From Lama guanicoe (Eukaryota), in contig MU053513.1 of the NCBI GenBank assembly GCA_013239625.1, positions 1,476,927-1,540,926 of the forward strand: a stretch of 64,000 nt of DNA, read 5' to 3'. Position numbers and translations under genes: made by a program. The notes beneath the pieces were generated by a model. It had not been told where the DNA came from. It saw only the letters and a program-made list of their open reading frames with translations, and ran no database searches. How positions within the stretch are numbered: position 1 is the first letter of the stretch; the number at the start of each line of letters is the position of its first letter. Shown here in pieces: positions 63,891-64,000 of this stretch.

Positions 63891-64000
63891 ATTTAAACTG
63901 TAGAAAATGGCATAAGACAATGACAAGTGAAACAGGCTACATTTTAGCAGAAAATGGCTTTTTTAAACATCCATAAAGCCAAAGTTCTTCTTAACATGGC

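Overview
Mammalian genomic DNA, most likely camelid (inferred from a recurrent tRNA-derived SINE of the camelid Vic-1 type and a young L1 family). The right half holds the last three coding exons of GIPC2 on the minus strand (52860-52754, 46614-46533, 34390-34245); upstream exons lie beyond the window. The left half is intergenic and contains a decayed processed pseudogene of RNFT1 (~6010-7107). The rest is mostly transposable-element sequence (L1, SINE, ERV1/ERVL/MaLR LTRs, MER44, MER5A, L2, MIR) and microsatellites. No CRISPR array or genuine RNA gene was seen. The most unusual signals come from comparing three near-identical young L1 copies by eye. (1) The copy at 38.2-38.9 kb carries 28 sense-strand A>G changes versus 6 other substitutions, with an ADAR-like 5'-neighbour bias, so it looks like an A-to-I hyper-edited L1 RNA written back into the germline. 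(2) The copy at 48 kb carries a ~180 bp 3' transduction bounded by a 17-bp TSD. (3) The copy at 0.66-3.1 kb ends prematurely at an internal A-tract. Repeat family names and comparisons with human proteins are from recollection, not from database searches.
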